Shown here: positions 63,846-64,000 of the stretch, in pieces | How positions within the stretch are numbered: position 1 is the stretch's first letter | Layout: each line of letters begins with the position of its first letter | Assembly (NCBI GenBank): GCA_046563655.1 | Contig: CM102285.1 | Span: forward strand, 10,602,001-10,666,000 | Source of the DNA: Yuukianura sp. NJ FZ-2021 | Lineage: Eukaryota | Direction of reading: 5' to 3' | Length of the DNA: 64,000 nucleotides | The notes under the pieces: model-generated | Told to the model about the DNA's origin: nothing | What the model saw: only the letters and a program-made list of their open reading frames with translations | Database searches by the model: none | Position numbers and translations under genes: made by a program

Positions 63846-64000
63846 GTAATCTTTCTAATCAATTAACATTTAGTCACATTATTTCATTTCGAAATTGCTT
63901 TTAAAGAATGATTATTACTTAGCAATTAAGTAATAATTATGCTTAAAAGAGATGAGAGTCAGAGTCAGAGAATCAGGGTCAAATTTTCGCATTGTAAAGG

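Overview
AT-rich, intron-rich eukaryotic DNA, almost certainly from an arthropod (two Rebers-Riddiford chitin-binding cuticle proteins; most introns 60-110 nt with GT-AG ends). Most short ORFs in the supplied track are exon fragments or noise, so gene models were assembled by hand from splice sites and reading-frame continuity. Left to right: the 3' ten exons of a KCNQ (Kv7) channel, whose upstream intron holds a ~535-bp tandem duplication; a small secreted orphan; COG6; a head-to-head pair of RR-1-type cuticle proteins; a short SET/MYND (SMYD) protein; an ELOVL6-like elongase; a TRIC/TMEM38 channel; a 76-aa membrane protein; and a same-strand array of at least four aquaporins (the last cut by the window edge). 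The array is interrupted by a divergent PAQR/adiponectin-receptor-like gene and by a multi-exon orphan gene. The strongest candidate for new biology is the aquaporin array. The third paralogue has lost the ar/R His (now Ile) and the loop-B Gly before NPA1, suggesting a switch from water to solute transport. The paralogues also show extreme intron turnover (microexons splitting NPA, a 1-nt intron slide), and the embedded PAQR-like gene appears to lack its zinc ligands. All family assignments come from motif recognition, not database searches. No rRNA, tRNA, CRISPR array or intact transposase was seen.
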